64,000 nucleotides of DNA from contig CAJQSI010000046.1 in NCBI GenBank assembly GCA_905612515.1, positions 9,505 to 73,504 on the forward strand, written 5' to 3'. A model generated the notes under the pieces. It was not told the origin of the DNA, did not search any database, and saw only the letters and a list, made by a program, of their open reading frames with translations. Positions 24,822 through 33,646 of this stretch are shown here, in pieces. Source of the DNA: an uncultured Opitutales bacterium (GTDB taxonomy: Bacteria > Verrucomicrobiota > Verrucomicrobiia > Opitutales > Seribacteraceae). Each line of letters opens with the position of its first letter. Positions within the stretch are counted from its first letter, which is position 1. Both the position numbers and the translations under genes were made by a program.

Positions 24822-26654
24822 TCAGACCACGTGGTTGAGGGCTTGAACGACGTTTAGGGCGTCGTTGCCAATCCTCTCCATCTCGTTAAGGATGTCCACG
24901 TAGATCATCTCCGCCTTCACGTTCACCGATTCCTTCATGCGCTTGACGGCACCCTTGCGAAGCATCTTCCTGGAAGCGTCGATACGCTGCTCGATTTGCT
25001 CAGCCTCGGCCATGTCAGGAAGAATGCTCTTGTCCTTCAAGTGGGTCTGGTAAAGCTCCATGAAGTCGAGAATCTGTTCCGAGAAAATCTTTATTTCCTT
25101 CTTTGTTTCCTCGGGCAGAATACGCTGCTTACGGTATTTCCGATGGGCCAATTGGACCAAGCGGTGGCAACAGTCACCGATGTCCTCCAGTTCAGCAGTC
25201 ACCCTCAGCAGGGAAGTAACGTGCAATGCGCTTTCCCCGGCAAGACTCTCGGTCGTGCAGTAAATGAGCGTTTGAGTAATCTCGAAAGCGAGTTCGTCGC
25301 ACTTGTCCTCCAATTCGATAAGCTCCTTGATAAACGGACCCTTGTCTTCCTCAGGGTGTTCGAATATGTCGACGAACCCTTCGAACATGTAACGGGTCAC
25401 GGCGGCAAGCCGATTGACCTCCGCCTCGACCAAGGCAAGGTTCAGCTCGCCTGTCTTGGGTAGCAGGCCCGAACCCTCATAGTGAATCGAGGCGAGACTT
25501 CCCGGGACAGGCTCCTTCCCATTCGATGTTCGAGGATTCACCAATTTCTCGGCCAACCTCCCCAAATGCGGAGAGAACCCGATCAGGAGACCGATATTGC
25601 AGAGATTAAAGAGGGTATGAAACAAAGATAAGTGGAACGGGATGTTCAAATCCACAATCGCCTTCTTAATGTTTTCGTCGCCCATGCCCTCGGCTTCCAA
25701 GGATTGCACTTTGCGAAAAACCGCTATCTCTTGAGCCGTAACATCTTTTTGGTGAATGGAACCCGGCATGACCCCGTCCACCATGGCGATGAACGGGTAA
25801 AACAAGAGCAACATCCAGCAAACTCCCGCCACATTGAAAAGAAAGTGGGCACGAGCCGCGCGCTTGGCGTTCAAGTTGGCTCCCAAAGAGGCCAGCCATG
25901 CAGTAACGGTGGTACCTATGTTTTCCCCCATCACAATAGCGGCAGCGATCTCGAAATTGATCCAACCGTTAATGGCCACGATGATCGTGATACCCATTGC
26001 GGCAGACGAAGATTGAACAAGAAGCGTCAAGACGACGCCTAGCCCGAGAAAGATCAGAACGGAGCCGAACCCGAAACTGTTCAATTGCTCGATCAAGGTC
26101 TGTATGTCCTGAACGAGGAGCTTGTCGGCCTGTTCGGTACTCTTGAGCAGGGTTTTGACATCGGGAACAGCATCCTTCAGTTCGCTAAGGCCAAAGAAAA
26201 GCAAACCGAAACCAACTAGCACCTCGCCCAAGTTTTTTATCCTCGGCTTGCTCACGAAAATCATGGGCAGGCCCACTCCAATTATGGGCAAGGCGATCTT
26301 GGACAGACTGAATTTGCCCACGGTCGCAATGATCCAACCCGTGCACGTGGTACCAAGATTCGCTCCCATTATAATCCCGATTGACTCCGTCAAGGTGAGC
26401 AACTGAGCATTCACGAAACTCACCACCATCACGGTCGTTGCCGATGAAGATTGCACAAGACAGGTGACCGTCACCCCCGTCATGAGCCCGAAGAAACGAT
26501 TCTGGGTCATCGTCGCCATAATCCTGCGCATGCCCTCTCCCGCTACTTTTTGGATGCCTTCGCTCATCACCCTCATGCCGAAGAGGAAGATGCCCAACCC
26601 CCCCAACACGTAAAGGAAGCCCACAAAGAAATCCCAAAAGTCAATATGTTCCAT
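24822..26654 (-). CDS. Na/Pi cotransporter family protein with C-terminal PhoU-like domains
   Basis: 610 aa. Duplicated QSSSAT / QSSSAA NptA repeats in the membrane part. C-terminal helical region with E..D PhoU-like pairs. Confidence 0.85.
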   Translation of the reverse strand: MEHIDFWDFFVGFLYVLGGLGIFLFGMRVMSEGIQKVAGEGMRRIMATMTQNRFFGLMTGVTVTCLVQSSSATTVMVVSFVNAQLLTLTESIGIIMGANLGTTCTGWIIATVGKFSLSKIALPIIGVGLPMIFVSKPRIKNLGEVLVGFGLLFFGLSELKDAVPDVKTLLKSTEQADKLLVQDIQTLIEQLNSFGFGSVLIFLGLGVVLTLLVQSSSAAMGITIIVAINGWINFEIAAAIVMGENIGTTVTAWLASLGANLNAKRAARAHFLFNVAGVCWMLLLFYPFIAMVDGVMPGSIHQKDVTAQEIAVFRKVQSLEAEGMGDENIKKAIVDLNIPFHLSLFHTLFNLCNIGLLIGFSPHLGRLAEKLVNPRTSNGKEPVPGSLASIHYEGSGLLPKTGELNLALVEAEVNRLAAVTRYMFEGFVDIFEHPEEDKGPFIKELIELEDKCDELAFEITQTLIYCTTESLAGESALHVTSLLRVTAELEDIGDCCHRLVQLAHRKYRKQRILPEETKKEIKIFSEQILDFMELYQTHLKDKSILPDMAEAEQIEQRIDASRKMLRKGAVKRMKESVNVKAEMIYVDILNEMERIGNDALNVVQALNHVV

Positions 26655-26697
26655 TTTTTAGATCAGGTTTAGATGTTTCGGTAAAATGAGGCTTCAT

Positions 26698-27816
26698 TTA
26701 CCAACTGATACGGATTCCAGAGGTAAACCCCCAGCCATCGTACTTGTCGCCAGCCGAAGTGGTCTCCATTTCAGTGTATTGGATTCCATTTTGCCACTTC
26801 AACTTATGCCCATAAAAGAAGTGATTCAGACCGAGAAAGCTCTCACTGGTTTCGTTGCCCTTGCCACTAAACAAATCCTTCTCGTATTTGGTTAGCTTGA
26901 TACCGTCTCCGCCGGAGCTTTTTAAGTAAGTGTAGCTAAAAACCGCTTGGGTCTTGTCCGTAATATCGTAGAAGGGCATGAACTGCAGACCAAATAGATC
27001 GCTTTGGGAGCCATATCCATCGGAAAAGCTTAGGTCTGCCCAGAGGTGCAAATTATCCTTCTCGAACTTGGTTACCAATGAAGTTATATTCTTGTGGTCA
27101 GGTTGATCGGCTGGATTAGAAGCATCTTCTTGTTGCTTGACGTAATCCAAGCGAACCAAGGCGTTATCCAATTCTAAATTTTCCTTAAAGTTGTATCCCA
27201 AGGAAAAAAGACCAAAGCAACCGTAGTCAAAAGCCTCGTCGAACTCCGGTCCAAGATCGCTCGAATAGATTCCGGTGAAATACTCCCAACTGCCTTTTTT
27301 GCCTGAGATGGTAAACCCGGAATAGTATTCGTTGGAAAACCAGATGTTGCTTGCAACCTTACCTCTTTCGAGAGTGTAAAGCTTTTTGGATGACGTCGAA
27401 CCATGTAAAGTAAACGGCGCCGATTGCTTTCCCACCTTGATCCTCACCCCGCCTGCCGTGGTCCATGAAAGGTAGGTATCCGTAAGTTTCTTGTAGAGAG
27501 GCGAAGGATCATTGAGGTTCATGTCGGCCTCCGAATGGAGGGTCAGCCTATTAAAAAAAGAGGCTTTGAAGCCAACTCGAAAACGTCGCCAATCGTAGTC
27601 GCTTTCGGATGTTCCTCCAGCGTCATCATCAAAGCTATGATAGTCTCCTTGCAGACGACCCGTGAATGCAAGCTTCTGAAAAACGTCGTTCTCCTCATTC
27701 TCATACCATACCACTTTGCTCCAAATTTTGTCGTAGGCGGACTTCTTGGCGTCCTGTCCACTTGCGGATGCAAAACAAGTGATCGATAGCAGAATGGCTA
27801 TGGTTTTTGCGTTCAT
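26698..27816 (-). CDS. outer-membrane porin, probably phosphate-selective porin O/P family
   Basis: Signal peptide, beta-rich alternating pattern, C-terminal aromatic residue (...GIRISW). Lies between the phoBR-like genes and the Na/Pi transporter. The family call is mostly contextual. Confidence 0.6.
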   Translation of the reverse strand: MNAKTIAILLSITCFASASGQDAKKSAYDKIWSKVVWYENEENDVFQKLAFTGRLQGDYHSFDDDAGGTSESDYDWRRFRVGFKASFFNRLTLHSEADMNLNDPSPLYKKLTDTYLSWTTAGGVRIKVGKQSAPFTLHGSTSSKKLYTLERGKVASNIWFSNEYYSGFTISGKKGSWEYFTGIYSSDLGPEFDEAFDYGCFGLFSLGYNFKENLELDNALVRLDYVKQQEDASNPADQPDHKNITSLVTKFEKDNLHLWADLSFSDGYGSQSDLFGLQFMPFYDITDKTQAVFSYTYLKSSGGDGIKLTKYEKDLFSGKGNETSESFLGLNHFFYGHKLKWQNGIQYTEMETTSAGDKYDGWGFTSGIRISW

Positions 27817-27893
27817 CTTACTGTTATCGGACTATGATTGGCTTAAAGTCTCCATTTATTATAGCAGATTCAAATTACGATCTTGCGAAGAAA

Positions 27894-27913
27894 ACGTTAC
27901 AATTACGTTACAA
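27894..27913 (-). promoter_or_regulatory. Pho-box-like direct repeat TTGTAAC-GTAA-TTGTAAC (11-bp phasing)
   Basis: The minus strand reads TTGTAACGTAATTGTAACGT, 78-97 nt upstream of the porin start codon. The architecture matches PhoB sites, which are 7-bp direct repeats spaced by 4 bp. Confidence 0.4.
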
Positions 27914-27968
27914 ATGCAAGAGATGCTTCACTCCCAATTTCCCGACTGAGGGAAGATATGTGGGAAAT

Positions 27969-28811
27969 TCAGAAGTCGCAGGGCAGGCTGAAGGAGAAGG
28001 TCGTTCCTTCACCGAGCTTACTCCGAACGGATACCGTGCCGCCATGCAATTCCACGATATGCTTCACGATGCTTAAACCCAAGCCCGTGCCGCCACTCTC
28101 CCTGGAACGTCCCTTGTCGACACGATAGAATCGCTCGAAAAGATGGGGCACGTCCTTCTCGGGAATACCGCAGCCATCGTCTTGCACTTCACAACGGATC
28201 ACTTTGGGGTCTTCATCAAAAATAGTTCGAATAGTTATAACGGAGGAATCACGGGCATAGCGAAGGGCATTGCTCAAAAGGTTCTCGACGACACACTCTA
28301 CCTTCAAGGGATCGAAGGACATCGGCTTCCGTTCCTCGGCAAGCTCCAATCGTATTCTTTGGGTATTCGGGTCTAGTCGCTCGCCCAACCTGTCTGCAAC
28401 AGTACGGACAACAGTCGAAAGACTGCTGGGTTCGGGTCTCAATGCATGAGAAGGAGACTCCAGTTCCGCCAAATGGAGGAGATCCCCGACCAAGGAGCAA
28501 AGACGATCCGAATTTTTTCGAATCTTCCCTATGAATTCTCGCCGTTTCTTGCCTGAAAGTTCATCGTAGCTGTCGTCCAGAGTTTCCGCGAATCCTTTCA
28601 CGATGGCTACCGGGGTACGCAACTCATGGGATACGTTAGCCACAAAATCCCTGCGGGAATTATCGTGAGGATTCAGTTCCTCGTTGCCAATATCAACTAA
28701 AGTTTGCTCTTCAGGTTTTCCGTCCATGGATCTCCCGCGGCGCCAAAGCACCGAACAGGCCAAAACAAAACTGAGAAGGACGGCCGCCAAGATCCATGGT
28801 TCCATATACAT
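27969..28811 (-). CDS. phoR: sensor histidine kinase (short, PhoR-like by context)
   Basis: One N-terminal TM, H-box FVANVSHELRTP, N/G boxes (LLSNALRYA, DDGCGIP, GGTGLGLS). 6 nt downstream of the PhoB-like gene. Confidence 0.7.
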   Translation of the reverse strand: MYMEPWILAAVLLSFVLACSVLWRRGRSMDGKPEEQTLVDIGNEELNPHDNSRRDFVANVSHELRTPVAIVKGFAETLDDSYDELSGKKRREFIGKIRKNSDRLCSLVGDLLHLAELESPSHALRPEPSSLSTVVRTVADRLGERLDPNTQRIRLELAEERKPMSFDPLKVECVVENLLSNALRYARDSSVITIRTIFDEDPKVIRCEVQDDGCGIPEKDVPHLFERFYRVDKGRSRESGGTGLGLSIVKHIVELHGGTVSVRSKLGEGTTFSFSLPCDF

Positions 28812-28817
28812 GGCAAT

Positions 28818-29516
28818 CTACTTTGCTTTTTCCGCCAAACGATAACCAACCCCACGCACCGTCTCGATCTCCAAGTCGGCCGTCTCCATCTTTTTCCGCA
28901 GTCGGCGAATATGAACGTCTACGGTGCGAGTCTCGACTTCGGCATCGAACTTCCAAACGCTCAAAAGGAGGTTCTCGCGGGTTTGCACCCTACCCTTTCG
29001 CTTAAGGAAAAACTGAAGCAACTTGAACTCGGTCACAGTAAAGGGAATCTCCACACCGCCAATGCTAACGGAATGGTCTTCCTCGTCGATGGCGACGTTG
29101 CCCATAACGATTCGCCCTGAAGGAGCTCGGTTTTGCTCACTGCTTCGTTTCAAAATGGAACGGATGCGCAGAATCAGTTCCTTTGTTTCGAATGGCTTGC
29201 ACATGTAATCGTCGGCACCGCTTTCAAGCCCCTTGATGCGGTCTTCCACCCCCGCTCGAGCCGTGAGCATGACCACGGGAACCTCAGTCAACTGATGATC
29301 GGATCGGAACATTCGTAGCAGTTGATAGCCATCCAAGTCGGGCATCATGACGTCCAGTACGATTAAATCGGGCCCATAGTCACGTGCCACGCTTAGAGCC
29401 ACGAAAGGATCGTTCACGGTCTCCACCTTGAATCCCTCACGCTTCAATTGGAATTGCAGAAGGTCGGTAAGATCTTCCTCATCGTCGACAACGAATATGC
29501 GTTTTTTCGAATTCAT
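28818..29516 (-). CDS. phoB: OmpR/PhoB-family response regulator
   Basis: Start moved to ATG 29516 (MNSKKRIFVVDDEEDL). REC domain (DLIVLDVMMPDLDG, K in CKPF) and a winged-helix tail (RTVDVHIRRLRKK...VRGVGYRL). Confidence 0.8.
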   Translation of the reverse strand: MNSKKRIFVVDDEEDLTDLLQFQLKREGFKVETVNDPFVALSVARDYGPDLIVLDVMMPDLDGYQLLRMFRSDHQLTEVPVVMLTARAGVEDRIKGLESGADDYMCKPFETKELILRIRSILKRSSEQNRAPSGRIVMGNVAIDEEDHSVSIGGVEIPFTVTEFKLLQFFLKRKGRVQTRENLLLSVWKFDAEVETRTVDVHIRRLRKKMETADLEIETVRGVGYRLAEKAK

Positions 29517-29546
29517 ATAATCAAGTAAACGATTCCTCGCGAGTAA

Positions 29547-29559
29547 GCCGAATTTCGGC
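29547..29559. repeat. palindrome GCCGAA-T-TTCGGC in the divergent phoB / DUF3570 promoter region
   Basis: Read directly. Function unknown. Confidence 0.3.
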
Positions 29560-29670
29560 AAGATAGGATTGCAGGACAACTGAGGGAAAGAAACAAGTCC
29601 AGACAATCCGATAGCAATACAGACTTGCAGAGCTTGACCAAACCTCACCCTTTCGAAAGGCTCTATCAGA

Positions 29671-30798
29671 ATGAAGACGAGCGCAATTAGAGCCATTCGC
29701 TTCTTGGTAGTCGCCGCGTTGCTCGTATTGGTCACCCGAAAGAGTCCCGCCGAAAAGGCATTGCGAGCCAAGTATCGCGAATGGGTAGAGGAAGGGGATA
29801 GGATTCACGTTCGCTCATGGTACGCAGAGGCGGAAGCAGCCCTCACGGAAGAATGGAGCCTTGATGTCGTGGGCGTTGTGGATACATGGTCGGGGGCCAC
29901 TCCGGTAGGCTGGCCGCCAACCGACCCCGAGTGGCTTTCCGACCCGATCGAAGAAACGAGACGGGCTGGGTTGATCACCCTTTCGAGAGAAGCAGGAATA
30001 TACGACTTTTCCATCGAGTTCGGACTCAGCCATGAACCCGATTACCTTTCGCGTAGTTATGCCGTTCGACTGGCTCGTCAATATGCGGAAGAAACTCTCA
30101 CTCTAAGCGCCGGGCTTTCCTACCTCGACGACACCGTGGACCCGCAAATGATAGGGAAAACTAAGCGAATCCCCGAGATCATCTTGGGTGCCCATCGTGT
30201 CCTCGACCCCAAGACTACGTTGGCGATGAACCTTTCGTATTCGGGACCGTCGGGATATTTGAGCGATCCGTACAAGAACGTTCCTGGTTACAACAAGTGG
30301 AACGACATGATATTAAGACCTGAAAAACGTCCCGACACCCGCAATGTATACGTCCTCTTCGTCGAGGGAACTCGATACGTTGAATCCTTGCGTTCCAGCC
30401 TGCAAGGCAGTTACCGATTCTTTGCCGACGATTCCGGACTTCGAGGCAACACCTTGGAAATACAATGGTTCCAACGCTTTGGCGAAAATCTGGTAATCCG
30501 ACCCTTGCTGAGATACTACAATCAGTCGGCGGCAGATTATTACGTCACGATCCTAGACAGATCCAAAATGAATTTAGAAGCTCCTACGGGGTTGGCACCC
30601 CATTATTCGGCAGACTATCGGATTTCCAAAATGGAGAGTCTCGCCTATGGACTGAAACTGACGATGTTCAAAGGTGACAACATTAACTTAGACTTGGCTT
30701 ACGAGAGGTACGACATGGAGGGCCGTGACGGAGTAACCTCACCTCTGATGTATCCAGACGCCGATATATATACTGTTGGCCTGCAATGGGAGTTCTGA
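29671..30798 (+). CDS. DUF3570-like outer-membrane beta-barrel protein carrying a DTWSGAT motif
   Basis: Signal-like N-terminus, beta-rich sequence, C-terminal GLQWEF (aromatic OMP terminus). Sits with ApbE and DUF4266 as in the known DUF3570/DUF4266/ApbE neighbourhood. The family call is from memory. Confidence 0.6.
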   Translation: MKTSAIRAIRFLVVAALLVLVTRKSPAEKALRAKYREWVEEGDRIHVRSWYAEAEAALTEEWSLDVVGVVDTWSGATPVGWPPTDPEWLSDPIEETRRAGLITLSREAGIYDFSIEFGLSHEPDYLSRSYAVRLARQYAEETLTLSAGLSYLDDTVDPQMIGKTKRIPEIILGAHRVLDPKTTLAMNLSYSGPSGYLSDPYKNVPGYNKWNDMILRPEKRPDTRNVYVLFVEGTRYVESLRSSLQGSYRFFADDSGLRGNTLEIQWFQRFGENLVIRPLLRYYNQSAADYYVTILDRSKMNLEAPTGLAPHYSADYRISKMESLAYGLKLTMFKGDNINLDLAYERYDMEGRDGVTSPLMYPDADIYTVGLQWEF

Positions 30799-31772
30799 GG
30801 ATGCACGCTCCATCCAAAATTTCTCCTAAAATCTTGGCTGACGGTCTCTTTCGTCTGCAGTTTCCTGCCATGGGCACCCGTTGCGAAATACTCTATGCTG
30901 CGAATTCGATGGGAGCTGCCGATATCTTTCGCAAAAACGCACTCGATTGGGTGCACCGTTTTGAGACCCGTTATTCGCGATTCAGGGACGACAGCCTAAT
31001 AAGCCGAATTAATGATGCAGCTGGTCGGAGCCCCGTTCAAATAGATGCAACGGACATTCACCTGTTCGACATGTGCGATACCCTTCATTTTTTGACGGAA
31101 GGGCTCTTTGATCCCACTACCCTTCCGCTTTCCCGCCTTTGGGATTTCAAAGCAAAGAATCCACAGGTTCCCTCCGAATCCGTAATAAGCGAGGCGCTAT
31201 CAAAAATCGGATGGAAGAAAGTTCATCGAGAGAATCACTCCATCTTCCTGCCGGAAACAGGGATGGGACTAGATTTCGGAGGCTTTGGCAAAGAATATGC
31301 CGTTGACCGAGTAACTGAGTTGGCCCGTGAGCACGGACTGGAGGATTTTCTCATCGACTTTGGAGGCGATGTTTTTGCTGCAGGATCTCCCCCCGACGCG
31401 TCTGCATGGCGAGTCGGTCTTGAAGATCCCAGAAAGCAAGGCCAAGCAAAACGGATTTTTTCGGTTTCTGGCATGGCTGTAGCGACATCGGGGAACTATC
31501 GAAGGTTTTTCGAACAGAACGGCAAAAGGTACGGACACTTGATCGATCATCGCACGGGTTTCCCGACGAGCAACAACTGTCTGTCGGCAACGGTCATCTC
31601 ACGCTCCTGCCTGGAAGCGGGTGTTCTATCGACCTGCGCCTTGCTGGATGGAACTGATCGAGGGCTTGCCAGAATCGATAGGTTTTTTGGAGCGGAAGGT
31701 TGCGTACAAAACCAAAACGGCGTTGAATGGACAAAAGGCATTTATGAATACCTGCACGACACAAGAAATTAA
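30786..31772 (+). CDS. apbE: FAD:protein FMN transferase (ApbE family)
   Basis: AMGT, GGFGKEYAVDRV, DFGGDVFAAG, and VATSGNYRRFF...GKRYGHLIDHRTGFP motifs. Start at ATG 30786 or 30801. No obvious signal peptide or lipobox. Confidence 0.8.
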   Translation: MGVLRMHAPSKISPKILADGLFRLQFPAMGTRCEILYAANSMGAADIFRKNALDWVHRFETRYSRFRDDSLISRINDAAGRSPVQIDATDIHLFDMCDTLHFLTEGLFDPTTLPLSRLWDFKAKNPQVPSESVISEALSKIGWKKVHRENHSIFLPETGMGLDFGGFGKEYAVDRVTELAREHGLEDFLIDFGGDVFAAGSPPDASAWRVGLEDPRKQGQAKRIFSVSGMAVATSGNYRRFFEQNGKRYGHLIDHRTGFPTSNNCLSATVISRSCLEAGVLSTCALLDGTDRGLARIDRFFGAEGCVQNQNGVEWTKGIYEYLHDTRN

Positions 31773-31995
31773 GAAATCTTGGCGGCTTTCGCTATTCGTC
31801 TTAATGGCCATTACCTTTGGCGGTTGCTCGCCCAAGCCCACTGTGAACGTCTTGCAAAGGGGATACCTCGCCGACTACATCATGCGCCCGGATCGAGACA
31901 AGTTAGCGGTTAAGATGAATGATCACGCCTTCTACAGCCGGGAAGCATCCCGAGGAGGTCGCGGAGCAGGTGGTGGTGGCTGCGGATGCAACTAG
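31744..31995 (+). CDS. DUF4266-like small lipoprotein
   Basis: Start moved to ATG 31744. Lipobox ITFGGC. Ends in the family-typical tail SREASRGGRGAGGGGCGCN. Confidence 0.7.
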   Translation: MNTCTTQEIKKSWRLSLFVLMAITFGGCSPKPTVNVLQRGYLADYIMRPDRDKLAVKMNDHAFYSREASRGGRGAGGGGCGCN

Positions 31996-31997
31996 AG

Positions 31998-32783
31998 ATG
32001 AAAAGTAGGGCACAAATCCTGTGCATGACATTGGCCATGCTTCTTCAACGCTTGCCGATCTTGCCATTCGGGAAACACCTTTCGACCTTTTTCGCTCCAA
32101 TTGCCGCACATGTTAAAACACTTCGGGCTCTCTTGCCCGCAGCGGCGATCACAACTCTGCCACACGCGCTAACGGGAGCCACTACATATGTAAAAGCAGT
32201 TGACGGGAACCCTGCCACAGGTACGGAAGGCGATGCATATACATTTCGCTTTTACACTCTTCGATACGAAGCACAGAGCTATTTGGTGTCAGGTTTGCCT
32301 AATGGATTAACTTTCAATAGTGACAAAAACAGTCCGACCATTTCCGGAACCCTACCTTCGGCCGGTGAATATCAAATTCAAATCACAGGGTACCGTTGGG
32401 CAAATCGCCAAGGGCCGTCGACTTCGGCCTACACATTGGTGCTGCAAATTGAAGAAGCTAAAGCCGCGTCCCCGTGGTCCGACCTCACAACGAACACCTT
32501 CTCTGCGGGATTTAAAAGTTCCCAGTGGTTCGGAGACTTTTATGATAATGGAGATGGGTGGACTTATCATCTCAAGCACGGATGGCTATTCGTTTCGGGT
32601 ACCGACGAATCGGCTCTATGGATGTGGGACGGGCAACTTGGTTGGCTTTACACAGGCAACTCATTTTACCCATTTTTCTACCGTCACTCCACATCGGAAT
32701 GGCTTTACTACAAGGAAAGAGAAAATGCGCGGCAGTTTTGGAACTACGAAAAAGGAACTTGGACAACTTTTGAAAAAAATTAG
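31998..32783 (+). CDS. hypothetical protein with Ig-like segment and Trp/Tyr-rich C-terminus
   Basis: ORF-track ORF 31986..32783; ATG 31998 avoids overlap. GLPNGLTFNSDKNSPTISGTLPSAGEYQIQI resembles putative-Ig (He_PIG-like) repeats. No family assigned. Confidence 0.5.
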   Translation: MKSRAQILCMTLAMLLQRLPILPFGKHLSTFFAPIAAHVKTLRALLPAAAITTLPHALTGATTYVKAVDGNPATGTEGDAYTFRFYTLRYEAQSYLVSGLPNGLTFNSDKNSPTISGTLPSAGEYQIQITGYRWANRQGPSTSAYTLVLQIEEAKAASPWSDLTTNTFSAGFKSSQWFGDFYDNGDGWTYHLKHGWLFVSGTDESALWMWDGQLGWLYTGNSFYPFFYRHSTSEWLYYKERENARQFWNYEKGTWTTFEKN

Positions 32784-32856
32784 GGTCCAAGGACAAAATT
32801 CAAATTTCCTTACCTTTTGCCTTACCCCCCTTCTTTACAGGAATTAGACTGCCTCC

Positions 32857-33588
32857 ATGCTGACTGAAGAAGATCGTGCCATTTACGAATGGCAACTGGA
32901 TGTGCCCGGGTTCGGCGAAGAAGGCCAAGAGAAGCTCCGAAACACAACTGCCCTCGTATCTCGAGTCGGGGGCCTTGGAGGCCCCATCGCCTTCGCCTTA
33001 GCAGCAGCCGGCATCGGCAAACTCATCTTGGCCCACGCCGGCAACCTGCGAAAGGATGACCTAAATCGACAAATCCTCATGCAATGGGAAGGGCTGGGGA
33101 AACCACGCGTAGAAAGCGCCGCCAAAACTCTTGCCGCCTTTAATCCAAAAGTGGAGGTGGAGATTCATAACGAAAATTTCAGTGAAACCAATGCGGCGGC
33201 GCTTGTAAGTAGAGCCAACATCGTCTTCTCCAGCGCACCGCTTTTCGAAGAGCGATTACTGATGAACCGGGAGTGCGTACGACAAAATAAAACTATGGTA
33301 GATTGCGCAATGTACAGCCTCGAAGGGCACGTCATGCCCATCGTGCCGGGCGAAACTCCTTGCCTAGCCTGCCTGTTCCCTGAAACGCCACCGCACTGGA
33401 AGCGTCGCTTTCCTGTATTTGGAGCAGTTTCCGCTCTCGTCGCAAACATCGGAGTGATGGAGGGCCTAAAGCTGATCGCGGGCTTTGGGTCAACCAGCCA
33501 AGGAAAGATGATGCTTATCGATGCCAACCGGTTCAATATACGAAAAATCGATATGACACGCAGGGTCGACTGCCTCGTGTGCAGTTAG
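32857..33588 (+). CDS. ThiF/MoeB/HesA-family E1-like adenylyltransferase
   Basis: Nucleotide-binding GGLGGPIAFALAAAGIG motif, CLACLFP and C-terminal CLVC zinc-site Cys pairs. 243 aa, no rhodanese domain. Confidence 0.85.
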   Translation: MLTEEDRAIYEWQLDVPGFGEEGQEKLRNTTALVSRVGGLGGPIAFALAAAGIGKLILAHAGNLRKDDLNRQILMQWEGLGKPRVESAAKTLAAFNPKVEVEIHNENFSETNAAALVSRANIVFSSAPLFEERLLMNRECVRQNKTMVDCAMYSLEGHVMPIVPGETPCLACLFPETPPHWKRRFPVFGAVSALVANIGVMEGLKLIAGFGSTSQGKMMLIDANRFNIRKIDMTRRVDCLVCS

Positions 33589-33646
33589 GAAATCCACCCT
33601 TTTTCAATTGATGGACAACCTATCAATCCCTTAGATTAAGGAGCTT

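Noticed and set aside
29517-29771. 85-aa N-terminal extension of the PhoB-like ORF
   Set aside because: The REC domain starts at MNSKKRIFVVDDEE (ATG 29516). The extension overlaps the divergent DUF3570 gene start and has no homology logic.
32784-33646. Moco riboswitch ahead of the ThiF/Mod-type operon
   Set aside because: The non-coding gaps are only 73 and 58 nt, too short for the roughly 130-nt Moco RNA motif, and no conserved stems were seen.
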